Under the pieces are notes generated by a model that was not told where the DNA came from, made no database searches, and saw nothing but the letters and a program-made list of their open reading frames with translations. Shown here piece by piece: positions 45,681 through 56,114 of a stretch of 60,356 bases of DNA. The translations under genes were made by a program, and so were the position numbers. The number at the start of each line of letters is the position of its first letter. Position 1 is the first letter of the stretch. The stretch spans positions 1-60,356 of the forward strand of contig JANXZK010000020.1 in NCBI GenBank assembly GCA_025355565.1. Reading direction: 5' to 3'. The stretch is from a bacterium. GTDB taxonomy: Bacteria; Patescibacteriota; Minisyncoccia; Phycocordibacterales; PALSA-1337.

Positions 45681-46787
45681 CTGACCTTCACCCAACTCCC
45701 GTCTAATATGGTATGATGTAGGGATGAAAACATCCCATCACCACCCTTCCCGAGCCATGTCCCAGGATGAGCTCGAGAAGCGCCGTATGAAGGCGGCAGG
45801 TTACTTCAAATCTGGGGAAACAAACGGTTGGATATGCAAAAAGCTCGGTGTGACACACGGATCGGTGACAGAGTGGCATGCGAAATGGAAAGAAGGTGGC
45901 ACAGATGCCCTCCTTCAAGGTAAATACGGCAGGGTCTCCAAGTTGTCTCCTGAACAGGAGAAACAGATCCAGGAAGATATCTTGAAAGGCGCCAAGGAAT
46001 GCGGCTACGACACTGACTACTGGAGCCTCCGCCGATTAACAGACTACATCAAAAAGGAAACGAATATTTCATACAGAGATCGGTCGGTTTGGCATACACT
46101 AGAACGCTTTGGATTTTCATGTCAGAAACCAGCAAGGAGGGCGCGCGAACGCGATGAAAAAGCGATCATGACCTGGTTGAAGACAACGTGGCCTGCGACT
46201 AAAAAGGGGGTCTCAAAAACAAAGCAACCTTTGGCTTTTTCGACGAATCAGGGGTAACTGACAAACCACCAGTGCGTACTACATGGGGCAAGAAGGGGGT
46301 AACACCGATCACCATATCGGCTGGAGGGTGGAAGCATCTCACACTCCTTGGAATGATCACCTGGAATTCAAAAGCGAGGAAGACAGGGAATCTAGCCTGG
46401 GTGAAGCATGGTAGCGTAAACACCGAGACGATCCTCGGCGTGCTTGCCGACATGAAAAAGAAATACGAGCACGAGGGGCGATTCATCCTCATCTGGGATG
46501 GTTTGGCTCCACATCACTCGAAGGCGGTCAAAGCAGTGATTGAAGCCAACAAAAGCTGGCTTTCCGTGCACAGATTCCCAGCCTACGCACCTGAACTCAA
46601 TCCGCAGGAGTACCAGTGGTCGTCACTCAAACGAAAAGACCTCGGTAACTACTGCCCGCCCACCATGAAAGACCTTGCCACAAAAGTCAGGAAGGGACTC
46701 CAGAGAATGAAGAGGTCGACATCAATATTGAAAGGATTCATGGTCAAATCAGGGCTGTGGTCAAGACGGGAGTTGGGTGAAGGTCAG
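45681..46787 (+). mobile_element. IS630-family insertion sequence
   Basis: Perfect 24-bp TIRs CTGACCTTCACCCAACTCCCGTCT, TA duplication, two-frame transposase. Confidence 0.95.
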
Positions 46788-46790
46788 TAG
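45724..46790 (+). CDS. IS630 transposase (HTH + DDE) with probable -1 frameshift at 46201-46210
   Basis: AAAAAGGGGG links WPATKKG to LKNKATFGFFDESG; IWDG..HH, YAPELNPQE. Confidence 0.9.
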
Positions 46791-46879
46791 TATTGTGCTT
46801 GACCCACCTTCCCATTCGCGCACAAATTCCCGCGGTTTTGAAGAGACATTATAAAACGGCGTGGATTGCTCCCTTAAAA

Positions 46880-47212
46880 TTACAGATCAAATAAAAATCT
46901 TATCCCAATCCCAAATAGAATTGAAAATATATTTGCTATCGCTGAAATAACGATAGATTTTTTCCAACCTACTTGAAACGCTAGGTTATACCACATTGCT
47001 TCAAGGATAAATACTCCAAGCTCTATGAAAATATAAGGTGCGTTTTGTATATACAAAAAATATATCGCTATTGGATGAGTCAGCGAGTTAATAAGTACAA
47101 TTCCAAATATCCACTGCCAAAGCTTCTTCGGCTTTTGTATGACAATAATAATCGCAGTTTCTGAAATTATGGTAACAGCATATGCGAGTAGTATTGCTTT
47201 TTCAATAAACAT
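46880..47212 (-). CDS. Small multi-TM membrane protein
   Basis: 110 aa, hydrophobic; abuts the upstream gene. Confidence 0.75.
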   Translation of the reverse strand: MFIEKAILLAYAVTIISETAIIIVIQKPKKLWQWIFGIVLINSLTHPIAIYFLYIQNAPYIFIELGVFILEAMWYNLAFQVGWKKSIVISAIANIFSILFGIGIRFLFDL

Positions 47213-48457
47213 TTATTTTTTTCTAAATGCCAAGAATCCTAAAATTCCTATTAACGCCAGAAGTGGAAGCCAAACATATATCCGCATAAGTGGATTTGAA
47301 GAGTTTACCAGCATGTCAGTTTTTTTCTCTGGTGTTGGTTCATCTAAAACTGTTGATGCTGTGTTTAGACCCCCAGTATTGTGACCGGCAAGAATTGTTG
47401 TTTTTACCAGGAATGAATCAATTTCAGCAAGTGAAGCAGAATCTCTTTTGACTATATAACTAATATCTGGGTATTTCTTTATGAATTGGAGTGCTTTCTG
47501 GTTGAAATCATCAAAATCTTTTTTATGAGACGAAACAAATGTGTCAAAAGTAGATTTGCACCCTTGCGTCTCAATTTGAGATAAATCCCATCGTACAAAA
47601 TCCACTTGTGGTGTTTGTACGCCAGAATTTTCATGTGTCCAAAAATCTGGTCGGGGTAGAGTAACAACATTTCTACCATCAGAAAATCTTGAAACGATAT
47701 TTGTTATATTAAAACCGTTGATCTCTTCGGGAAAACTGTTTGGCCTATGTTCAAGGGAAAGCTGATACTCAACACGCACTCGATTATCGCAGGAAGAAAG
47801 TGCTGAATCGAGCTTTTGAAGAAGTATATTATATGCCGTGCTTGCATTTATAAACTCCTGACTTGCTACCGCCTTCCTTCCGGGAGTCATACCCTGCACA
47901 GTACTATCGCCAGGCCCGAATTTATATGTCGTCGGTATCAGGTTGTCCAAATTAATATTTGTTCTCTCGTATGGAAAAGAAACCCATCCAAAACCGTTAG
48001 TTCCAAAATTCGATAGCTTCATACCATCAATTGTCATCCCCTCAAACAAGTTCTGGCTATACATTATATTTTGGATATCTTCACTAGATGAATGCATCGA
48101 AGTAAAATACTCAAACTCATTTTTCAGGTTCGCCATGTTGCCAGTCGTTGATTGCAGTCTGTAAAACATTCCATCCGGCGCAAATGAAAATGAATTAGTC
48201 TTAAACTCGTAACAGTTACCTGGCTCCACGATTGTCCAAGGCCGTCCAAGATGACTACCGATAGTAGACGAATAATCATATATCAAAAACCCATCGGAAA
48301 ATTCTGGGTTTGTAACACTCACACACAATATTTTACCCGGGGTAACCCATAAATCTTTGGCTTCGTAAATGCTTTGTCCGGAATCATCAGCTTTTACAGT
48401 TCTTGCCCCAACGATTAAAAGTGCCAGAACAAAAAGTAAACTCAAATATTTTTTCAT
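47213..48457 (-). CDS. Secreted protein with C-terminal membrane anchor
   Basis: Signal peptide VKA-D; C-terminal TM followed by RKK. Confidence 0.8.
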   Translation of the reverse strand: MKKYLSLLFVLALLIVGARTVKADDSGQSIYEAKDLWVTPGKILCVSVTNPEFSDGFLIYDYSSTIGSHLGRPWTIVEPGNCYEFKTNSFSFAPDGMFYRLQSTTGNMANLKNEFEYFTSMHSSSEDIQNIMYSQNLFEGMTIDGMKLSNFGTNGFGWVSFPYERTNINLDNLIPTTYKFGPGDSTVQGMTPGRKAVASQEFINASTAYNILLQKLDSALSSCDNRVRVEYQLSLEHRPNSFPEEINGFNITNIVSRFSDGRNVVTLPRPDFWTHENSGVQTPQVDFVRWDLSQIETQGCKSTFDTFVSSHKKDFDDFNQKALQFIKKYPDISYIVKRDSASLAEIDSFLVKTTILAGHNTGGLNTASTVLDEPTPEKKTDMLVNSSNPLMRIYVWLPLLALIGILGFLAFRKK

Positions 48458-48639
48458 ATATAAAATTTAATTAGTAATAATTCTTAACGAGGAATACATC
48501 GAAAAATCTTTTATTAGGTTATGGTTCTATTCTATCATTTCCTGTGTTTTTTCTTAATAGCCCGCCCCGCCAAAAAATCCTTGGTCGGCGCTTTGCGCCG
48601 TCCGCTTGTATCCACCGAAAAAATCGTTGAGTTCCTTAT

Positions 48640-48726
48640 TGGTGCCGAAGGTGGGACTTGAACCCACACGAGCTTGCGCTCATAGCATTTTGAGTGCTAC
48701 GTGTATGCCAATTTCACCACTTCGGC
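48640..48726 (-). tRNA. tRNA-Leu(CAA)
   Basis: GCCGAAG..TAGCA CT CAA AA TGCTA, long variable arm, encoded CCA. Confidence 0.95.
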
Positions 48727-48804
48727 AACATATGTAGTTTACTTGAAATCTGCGTAAAATCAACTCTCCACTATATTTCCGGAGTCTGCTATAATCCTAC
48801 TATC

Positions 48805-49794
48805 ATGCAGCAAAACTCGTATGTGAATAATGCGATCTTTTGGATCGAAGTGGAGAAGATCCATCCTAACCCGTATCAGCCTCGCCAAGAGTTCGATGAG
48901 GCTAAGCTCAAGGATCTATCAGAGTCGATCAGGATGTATGGTGTATTACAGCCGCTCGTCGTTACTAGAAAAGAGGTATATCACGAGGGTGCCGGCATGT
49001 CGGTCGAGTATGAGCTCATCTCCGGTGAGCGCCGTCTGCGTGCATCAAAATTGGCGAAATTGGCTCAAGTGCCAGTACTCATCAGGAATGGTGAAGAAGA
49101 TTCTTTGCTTAAACTGGAGATGGCGATCATCGAAAATCTCCAACGCGAAGATCTGAATGCTGTAGATCGTGCTAGATCGTTCGATAGGCTAGTCAAGGAA
49201 TTCAAATTGAAACAAGCTCAAGTCGCCGACAAGGTCGGAAAGAGCCGTGAATATGTTTCAAACTCGCTCCGCATCTTGACCCTACCAGATCTCATGATCA
49301 CCGCTCTCGCTGAAGGGAAGATTTCAGAAGGTCATACTAGGCCACTCCTCATGTTGACTGACAGACCAGAAGAACAATTGGTCTTGTTCAAGGAAATAAT
49401 GGCAAAGAAATTGACTGTACGCGAAGCGGAGTCGATGTCTCGACGTGTGGCGACGGAAAAGATCCGTAACAAAGGGAAATATCTCGATCCTGCGATCATG
49501 GAGATGGAAAAGTCGTTTACAGAGACATTGGGTACACGTGTCAGGATCGAGAGAGTGAAGGAAGGAGGGACTGTCGTCATCGACTTCTTTAGTCCTGATG
49601 ATCTGCGAGTATTGCTCGAAAAATTGGCGAATGGTGGCGGGGTGAAGCATGGAGAAGGAAGGAAGGAGAGTGGAGAACAAATATTGAATGACCGAACACC
49701 AATAGCTAATATTGCCGAAGACGATCGAGCGCCTATTGACGTAAAAAAAGAAGAAAATGAAGAGATCTATTCGTTGAAAGATTTTTCGTTATAA
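48805..49794 (+). CDS. parB: ParB/Spo0J partition protein
   Basis: NPYQPR, SGERRLRA, ENLQREDL; ATG 48805. Confidence 0.95.
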   Translation: MQQNSYVNNAIFWIEVEKIHPNPYQPRQEFDEAKLKDLSESIRMYGVLQPLVVTRKEVYHEGAGMSVEYELISGERRLRASKLAKLAQVPVLIRNGEEDSLLKLEMAIIENLQREDLNAVDRARSFDRLVKEFKLKQAQVADKVGKSREYVSNSLRILTLPDLMITALAEGKISEGHTRPLLMLTDRPEEQLVLFKEIMAKKLTVREAESMSRRVATEKIRNKGKYLDPAIMEMEKSFTETLGTRVRIERVKEGGTVVIDFFSPDDLRVLLEKLANGGGVKHGEGRKESGEQILNDRTPIANIAEDDRAPIDVKKEENEEIYSLKDFSL

Positions 49795-49806
49795 TTATTT
49801 TCGCTG

Positions 49807-52092
49807 TTACACTTTCTTTGCAAACCTGCTTTTTCTCACAGTTTTTGGTATAGCCAACATCTCGAGCGCGCGCTCAAGCGTTATCTCATAGACATCGTCT
49901 GGCACCTTGATGGAGCGATAATTTCCATCAGAAACTATATATGGGCCGAATCGGCCCGCCGAAGAGATGACGTCTTTGCCGGTTTTTGGATCAACACCGA
50001 GGTTACGAGGCAAGCTCAAGTATTTCATCGCGTCGGCAACACCGACTTTCGATGGATCCATAGTTTTAGGAATAGAAGCCATACGTGGTTTGATTGGGGC
50101 TGGTGCTGTTTCGATAGTCGGATTCTTGACCTTCTTAGCCCTCACCTTCTTCACTTTTGGCAATTTTACGCCCAACTGAACATACGGACCGAAGCGTCCA
50201 TTTAACACGAAAATAGGTAAGCCGCTCACGGGGTCCAAACCGATAGGTTCGTCTTTTTTGAATTCCACGCCTTCGAGGGTGAGGGCACCGTCGCAGTCAG
50301 GATATTTGGAACAGGAGAGAAACTTTCCATTACGACCTAGTTTGATATCCATGGAAGCTCCGCATTTCGGACAGATATATTTCGCATCCGCCACTCCCAG
50401 ATTGGTGATCTTGGCGGTCTTCTCCTTGGATTTCAGATCTTTTTGGAATGGTTTATAAAAATCTGACAAAGTCTTCAGATATGTTCGATCACCATTTGCT
50501 ATCTCGTCCAGTTCATTTTCCATCTCCGCGGTGAATCCATCACTGATATATGTCGGGAAATTCTCTTCGAGAAATGACGAAACTACGTCGCCGGTATCAG
50601 TTGGTTTCAGTGATTTATTAAGCTTCTCGACATATCCGCGGTCTTCGATCGTCTTCGTGATGGAAGCATATGTGGAAGGACGACCAATGCCGCGTTTTTC
50701 TAGTTCCTTGATGAGACCAGCCTCTGTGTATCGTGGAGGTGGTTCGGTGGCTTTTTCTATGGAGTCGATAGAGATGAGTTTGATCGATTCACCTTTCTCG
50801 CATTTTGGTAGAGTCACTTCTTCGCCTCTTGATTCCGGATCTGCCTTGAGCCAGCCATCAAAGATCACTCTGGACCCATTTGCTTCAAAAGAAGGAATGA
50901 TAGGATTCCCATTCTTCGTTTTTTCTCCTTGCTGTTCCATGTCCGCAACATTTGCCACGATCTTGGTTCTGGCGACTCGCGCATCCGTCATCTGAGAGGC
51001 AACGGCGCGTTGCCAGATGAGACGATACAATCTCTTTTGCTCGTCATTGTGTCCCGCGTTTTCTTTATCGAAATGCGACGGACGGATAGCTTCATGGGCT
51101 TCCTGAGCATTTTTGCTCTTTGTAGTATATTTTCTAAATGATAGATATTGTTCGCCGTAGTCCTTCTTCACGACTGCGCCGATCTGATCCAATGCCTGTT
51201 GGCCGAGATTGGTAGAGTCGGTACGCATATACGTGATGTATCCAGACTCGTAAAGTTTCTGAGCGATGCCCATAGTGCGGGAAGGCGAAAAACCCAGTCT
51301 CGAGCTGGCGGCTTGTTGCAATGTAGAAGTGATGAACGGCGCGCGTGGAGATCTCTTTTGTTCTGATTCCTCGATATCGATCACCTTCCATGATCGTTTC
51401 TTGGCGATTTCTAGGATACGATCGACCTCGGTCTTGGCGCGTGGTTCCTCGGCACATTTCAACCTGAGCTCGGCCATGTTCGCTGTATTCCACAGGCCTT
51501 CGATCACCCAATACTTTTCCGGAATGAAGGCACGGATCTCACGTTCTCGTTCCATGATGATGCGGAGGGCCGGAGATTGGACACGACCAGCTGAGAGGCC
51601 GTAGCGGACTTTCTTCCATATCAGTCCCGAGAGATCGTATCCGACGATACGATCGAGGACACGTCGAGCTTCCTGCGCTTCGCGCAAATGCTCATCGATG
51701 TCGCGCGGTTCCTTCATGGCAGTCAAGATAGCTTCTTTGGTGATCTCATGGAAAGTGATGCGCTTCATCTTCCTCACGACGCCGCTCCCCAGCCTTTCCT
51801 GCAAGACTTCGGCGATATGCCAAGCGATCGCTTCTCCTTCGCGGTCCGGGTCAGTAGCGAGTATGATCTCCGTGGCTTTTTTGGCCTCGCTCACTATATC
51901 GGCGATCACTGCTTCCTTCTTTGCCACTATCTCATAGTGAGGTATAAAACCACCTTCTATATCTATAGCTTTTTTACTAGACTTTGGCAGATCGCGGATA
52001 TGACCGACCGATGCGCGCACGACGAAACCTGGACCGAGATATTTGGTGATGGTCTTGGACTTCGAAGGGGATTCTACGATAACTAATTTCAT
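49807..52092 (-). CDS. topA: DNA topoisomerase I
   Basis: MKLVIVESPSK, DPDREGE, SAGRVQS, ITYMRTDS. Confidence 0.97.
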   Translation of the reverse strand: MKLVIVESPSKSKTITKYLGPGFVVRASVGHIRDLPKSSKKAIDIEGGFIPHYEIVAKKEAVIADIVSEAKKATEIILATDPDREGEAIAWHIAEVLQERLGSGVVRKMKRITFHEITKEAILTAMKEPRDIDEHLREAQEARRVLDRIVGYDLSGLIWKKVRYGLSAGRVQSPALRIIMEREREIRAFIPEKYWVIEGLWNTANMAELRLKCAEEPRAKTEVDRILEIAKKRSWKVIDIEESEQKRSPRAPFITSTLQQAASSRLGFSPSRTMGIAQKLYESGYITYMRTDSTNLGQQALDQIGAVVKKDYGEQYLSFRKYTTKSKNAQEAHEAIRPSHFDKENAGHNDEQKRLYRLIWQRAVASQMTDARVARTKIVANVADMEQQGEKTKNGNPIIPSFEANGSRVIFDGWLKADPESRGEEVTLPKCEKGESIKLISIDSIEKATEPPPRYTEAGLIKELEKRGIGRPSTYASITKTIEDRGYVEKLNKSLKPTDTGDVVSSFLEENFPTYISDGFTAEMENELDEIANGDRTYLKTLSDFYKPFQKDLKSKEKTAKITNLGVADAKYICPKCGASMDIKLGRNGKFLSCSKYPDCDGALTLEGVEFKKDEPIGLDPVSGLPIFVLNGRFGPYVQLGVKLPKVKKVRAKKVKNPTIETAPAPIKPRMASIPKTMDPSKVGVADAMKYLSLPRNLGVDPKTGKDVISSAGRFGPYIVSDGNYRSIKVPDDVYEITLERALEMLAIPKTVRKSRFAKKV

Positions 52093-52135
52093 TGCTGCCT
52101 TAGTATTGCATGAATGTTTTGATTTGCAAAATATC

Positions 52136-53068
52136 TCACTCCCGAGCGATCCTGTATGTGCCTTCGGTTTCAGTAATGATCCCGAACAATTCCAATCGAG
52201 TCGCGATGATGCTGAATTGTGCAGCGGATATGCCAAATTTCTCTATCAATTCTTGGGACGTGCACGGTTTGAATTGCAATTCACGCAAGATGACTTTTTG
52301 ATCCTCAGGCAGTTCTCGGAATGCCCGATCTAGAAGCAGTTCGGTACGGTCGATCATTTTTCGATCACCTTTCCTGTTGCGCCTGGTCCCATCATCATGC
52401 ACGTCTTGCCCAACATCGAATCCGAGTATCTGTAGTATGTCTTCTCCACACATGACAGGTTTCGCACCATCCGAGTATAGCGTGTGCGGACCATATGATA
52501 AGTCGGAAAATATCGACCCTGGTACGATCATCACATCACGGCTTAGATTGGCAGCATATTCGGCGGTCAATAAGGTTCCTGATTTCTTGCGACCTTCAAC
52601 GATGAGTACGGCATGAGAGATTCCCGCCATTAGCTGATTTCTCACGGGAAAAGTCCAGTTATCTCCGCCTTGGAAAGGGTCGAATGATGATAGTAGCGTA
52701 TTACCAGTCTTTACGATGTGTTTGGCGAGCTCTAGATGCTCTCGCGGGTATATGACGCTATCTTCGAGACCTGAGCCTGGGAAAGCGATCGTGCGCAGAC
52801 CATTCCGTATGGCTGCCACATGGGCGATCGAATCGATGCCCAAGGCCATACCAGAGACGATGACTATCGGATGATTCCTGAGACCGTAGATCAGTTCCTC
52901 GCATGCCCTCTTGCCGTAGTCGCTGTTTCTCCTTGCGCCGACTACACACAGGAATTTGTTTTCATCGCTCGGTATCGGTGCACCGGATATGTACATATGC
53001 GTCGGACGCATTTTCAATTGCTTCATCAGGCCAGGGTATTCGTTTGGAAATAGTTTTGTATATTGCAT
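52136..53068 (-). CDS. dprA: DNA-processing protein DprA
   Basis: VVGAR, VSGMALGID, FPVRN, SGTLLTA. Confidence 0.95.
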   Translation of the reverse strand: MQYTKLFPNEYPGLMKQLKMRPTHMYISGAPIPSDENKFLCVVGARRNSDYGKRACEELIYGLRNHPIVIVSGMALGIDSIAHVAAIRNGLRTIAFPGSGLEDSVIYPREHLELAKHIVKTGNTLLSSFDPFQGGDNWTFPVRNQLMAGISHAVLIVEGRKKSGTLLTAEYAANLSRDVMIVPGSIFSDLSYGPHTLYSDGAKPVMCGEDILQILGFDVGQDVHDDGTRRNRKGDRKMIDRTELLLDRAFRELPEDQKVILRELQFKPCTSQELIEKFGISAAQFSIIATRLELFGIITETEGTYRIARE

Positions 53069-53143
53069 TTTGCTTGACAATCGACTTCAGTTTGATAAAA
53101 TAGTGTTACTTTTCAGATACGGTTGTCGAATCCCCCAAACTAG

Positions 53144-53572
53144 TTACGGGGGATTTGATTTTATCAAGATATGGGTAAGTTGTTTACGTATCATATCAAC
53201 TTGTTGCACATCTAGTCTTCCTGCCAGCTTTAATAGACGATTGCTGCTTATAGATCTAAATTGTTGGATCGGTATATAGCCATGAATCCGGCTGCCATGT
53301 ATTTTGTGAAGATACCCGCCGTCCCGTATTACTCTCGATGTGATTGGTAGTACCCATTGTGGATCTTCACTAAACTTTCTCAATATCAGAACAGGTCGTC
53401 TATAATCGATATTTTTCCCATCAATTTCATGCCCGACATTTAGGCCGATAGAAGTCCACCAGATTTCTCCTTCAAGCACGTAGAAATTGGCGTCAAGTTT
53501 CCGTAAATTTATCTCCTTTTTCACCTCATTCCATTTGTCATATTCCTTTATGTAACGTTTTTCATTTGGCAT
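53144..53572 (-). CDS. PemK/MazF-like toxin with no adjacent antitoxin ORF
   Basis: GEIWW.SIGLNVGHEIDGK...RPVLILRK...PITS. Confidence 0.85.
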   Translation of the reverse strand: MPNEKRYIKEYDKWNEVKKEINLRKLDANFYVLEGEIWWTSIGLNVGHEIDGKNIDYRRPVLILRKFSEDPQWVLPITSRVIRDGGYLHKIHGSRIHGYIPIQQFRSISSNRLLKLAGRLDVQQVDMIRKQLTHILIKSNPP

Positions 53573-53578
53573 CCTTGA

Positions 53579-53645
53579 AACTTACCATATTAGAGATAAA
53601 ATCCTGATGAATTTTCAATAAAATTTTGATAAAATAGTTATGAAG
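53579..53645 (-). promoter_or_regulatory. 11-bp periodic TTTATC array plus extended -10 (copy 3)
   Basis: Units at 53595, 53606, 53617, 53628, 53639; minus strand TTTATCT-N6-TG-G-TAAGTT; 22 bp identical to copy 1. Confidence 0.75.
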
Positions 53646-53844
53646 AATCAGTGAGACAGAATGCGTTGCGTGTAAAGGATATTTTAGACATACGATAGAT
53701 CGGCAATCCTCGCTCAAGGTGAGATATTGTTCCGTAAATTGCGAGGAAGTGAGGGGACAGGCGGGAGGGGTTATAGATCACCTCATAAGGTTAACTGTTC
53801 ATCAGCTTCAATTCCAAATAAAACAGTGCTACAATAAAACCACT

Positions 53845-55110
53845 ATGTTAGACATCAAATTTATCCGTGAGAACAGAGAACTGATCGCCGCGGCCGCCAA
53901 GAAGAAGCATATAGATTTTGATGTGGAGAGATTGATCACAACTGATGACAAGAGGAGAACGATGATGACGGGCACGGAAAAGTTGCGCGCGGAACAGAAT
54001 GCCGCAAATAATAGCATCGCTAGCGCGAGATCTCCTGAAGATCGCGCGAAACTCATCGCCGATATGAAAGTCGTGAAAGCGGCGCTCGAGAAGGAGGATG
54101 AAGGTTTGAAGGCCACAATGAAAGATTGGCAGAATCTGATGCTCCAGGTGCCGAATATTCCAGATATGTCCGTTCCAGATGGCGATAGCGATGCAGATAA
54201 CAAGGAGGTGAAGGCCTGGGGCGAAAAGACCGCATTTGCATTTGAGCCAAAGGATCATATAGAGATCATGACCAAGCTCGGGATGCTCGATCTAGAACGT
54301 GGTCAGAAAGTACACGGATTTCGGGGTTATTTCCTCATGGGTGACGGTGTGCGGTTATGCTTTGCGATCTGGAACTATGCTATGAAATTCTTTGGTGCAA
54401 AGAATTTCGTGCCAGTCATCCCACCGATCATAGTGAGGAAGATCAATCTCTTTGGTACAGGTTATCTGCCTCAAGGCGAAGAAGATATGTTCAAAACCCA
54501 AGACAATGACTATCTAGCAGGCACCGCCGAAGTTCCGCTCATGGGTATGCATGCAGACGAGACTCTATCTGTCGCAGAATTACCAAAACGATATCTGGGT
54601 TTCTCGCCTTGCTATCGACGTGAAGCGGGTGCACATGGTAAAGATGTTCGTGGTCTGATACGTGTGAATGAATTTTATAAGCTCGAACAAGTCGTGCTCT
54701 GCGAGGCCAATCACGAAATGACGATCAAATACCACGAAGAGGTCAATAGAAATACCGAAGAATTCATCGAATCATTGGGGATCCCTTATAGAACGGTCAT
54801 AAATTGCGGAGCAGATCTCGGATTGGGCCAAGTGAAGAAATACGATATCGAGCTCTGGGTGCCAAAGGAATCCAAATATCGTGAGATCAGCTCAGCTTCA
54901 TATTTCCATGATTTTCAGACTCGTCGCCTCAATATTCGCTATCGTGACGCGGATGGAGCATTGCGCTACGCGCATTCGTTGAATTCTACCGCTATCCCGA
55001 CACCGCGTATCCTAGTGTCGCTCGTCGAGAATTTCCAGCAACCGGATGGTACGATCAAAGTCCCACCTGTGCTCGTCCCGTATTTTGGAAAGGAGGTTAT
55101 CGGAAGTTAA
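53845..55110 (+). CDS. serS: Serine-tRNA ligase
   Basis: MLDIKFIREN, GTAEVP, CYRREAG, EISSAS. Confidence 0.97.
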   Translation: MLDIKFIRENRELIAAAAKKKHIDFDVERLITTDDKRRTMMTGTEKLRAEQNAANNSIASARSPEDRAKLIADMKVVKAALEKEDEGLKATMKDWQNLMLQVPNIPDMSVPDGDSDADNKEVKAWGEKTAFAFEPKDHIEIMTKLGMLDLERGQKVHGFRGYFLMGDGVRLCFAIWNYAMKFFGAKNFVPVIPPIIVRKINLFGTGYLPQGEEDMFKTQDNDYLAGTAEVPLMGMHADETLSVAELPKRYLGFSPCYRREAGAHGKDVRGLIRVNEFYKLEQVVLCEANHEMTIKYHEEVNRNTEEFIESLGIPYRTVINCGADLGLGQVKKYDIELWVPKESKYREISSASYFHDFQTRRLNIRYRDADGALRYAHSLNSTAIPTPRILVSLVENFQQPDGTIKVPPVLVPYFGKEVIGS

Positions 55111-55186
55111 TCGTATATTGTAGAAGATGGGAGATCTATCTTGAAATACTAGAAACCCTGCAGGGCTTTTTGAGTATCAAATTATC

Positions 55187-56101
55187 ATGTCCCCACGACA
55201 CCAACACCACAAACAATCGACGAACTTTGCGAAACGTAGGCGTGCTCGAGTGGTACTCATCTGCGGATTGATAGTTATATGCGTATTTAGTGTAGGATTT
55301 TCAGTAGTGCTGTTCATGTCGCTCGACGCTTTCTCGATAGACACAGTAAACATCGCCGGTGTTGATGCGGGCGCTGTCTCAACGCTAAAGGCGGCCGTGT
55401 TGGAATCGTTACAAGGAAAATATTTTGGTTTGTTTCCGCGTTCGAACACGTTCATATCTCCGGATGAGGCGATCAAGGGAAGGATACGGGCATTGGAGCC
55501 CAGTGCCGATGCGGTCAAGATCTCCCATACAGGAGGTACGACTATCGATGTCACGGTCAATGAAAGGGATCCTTCGGCTATAGTCTGTACTGATTATCCA
55601 GACTTTTCGGGAACGGACAGGGAAAATAAGGTGGATGACAGTTGTTACTATGCCGATCTGGATGGTTACATATTCAAGAAGGCACCGTCGATCACAGGCT
55701 ATGCCTATCATCGTTACTATGTGCCGACCTTGGTAGACAATGAGAGCTCTACGACGGACGTGATCGGTATGTATGCCACATCGACATCGGAATTCACCAC
55801 CTTGCAGAAGTTCTATACGAATGTGACGAATGGCGGGATAGTGGTAGATGCGATATTGATCAAGGATAATGGCGAATATGAGCTATATATAGAGAATGTG
55901 AGTTTGGGTGGCGCATCTAGTGCTGATTCAGGCAATCAAGTCGTTGTCGTATATTTCAATAATGCTAGAAATTTCAATTATGAATTGGCAAATCTCCTAT
56001 CATTCTGGTCGACGATGAAAGGGCCTTTGAGATCAAAAGCCACAACGACTACCTTTGACTATATTGATGTCCGATATGGTGCTAATGTATTCTACAAGTA
56101 G
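55187..56101 (+). CDS. FtsQ/DivIB-like protein
   Basis: Basic N-terminus, TM, POTRA-like region, C-terminal YIDVRYG. Confidence 0.65.
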   Translation: MSPRHQHHKQSTNFAKRRRARVVLICGLIVICVFSVGFSVVLFMSLDAFSIDTVNIAGVDAGAVSTLKAAVLESLQGKYFGLFPRSNTFISPDEAIKGRIRALEPSADAVKISHTGGTTIDVTVNERDPSAIVCTDYPDFSGTDRENKVDDSCYYADLDGYIFKKAPSITGYAYHRYYVPTLVDNESSTTDVIGMYATSTSEFTTLQKFYTNVTNGGIVVDAILIKDNGEYELYIENVSLGGASSADSGNQVVVVYFNNARNFNYELANLLSFWSTMKGPLRSKATTTTFDYIDVRYGANVFYK

Positions 56102-56114
56102 TCATAAAAAATAG

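Noticed and set aside
41460-48640. Single island bounded by a tRNA-Leu att duplication
   Set aside because: I found no second copy of the tRNA-Leu 3' end and no integrase; the boundaries are unsupported.
48694-48804. N-terminal extensions of parB (likewise recR, topA, serS, rplU, dus)
   Set aside because: They overlap tRNAs, neighbouring genes or promoters; family N-termini and -10 boxes point to downstream ATGs.
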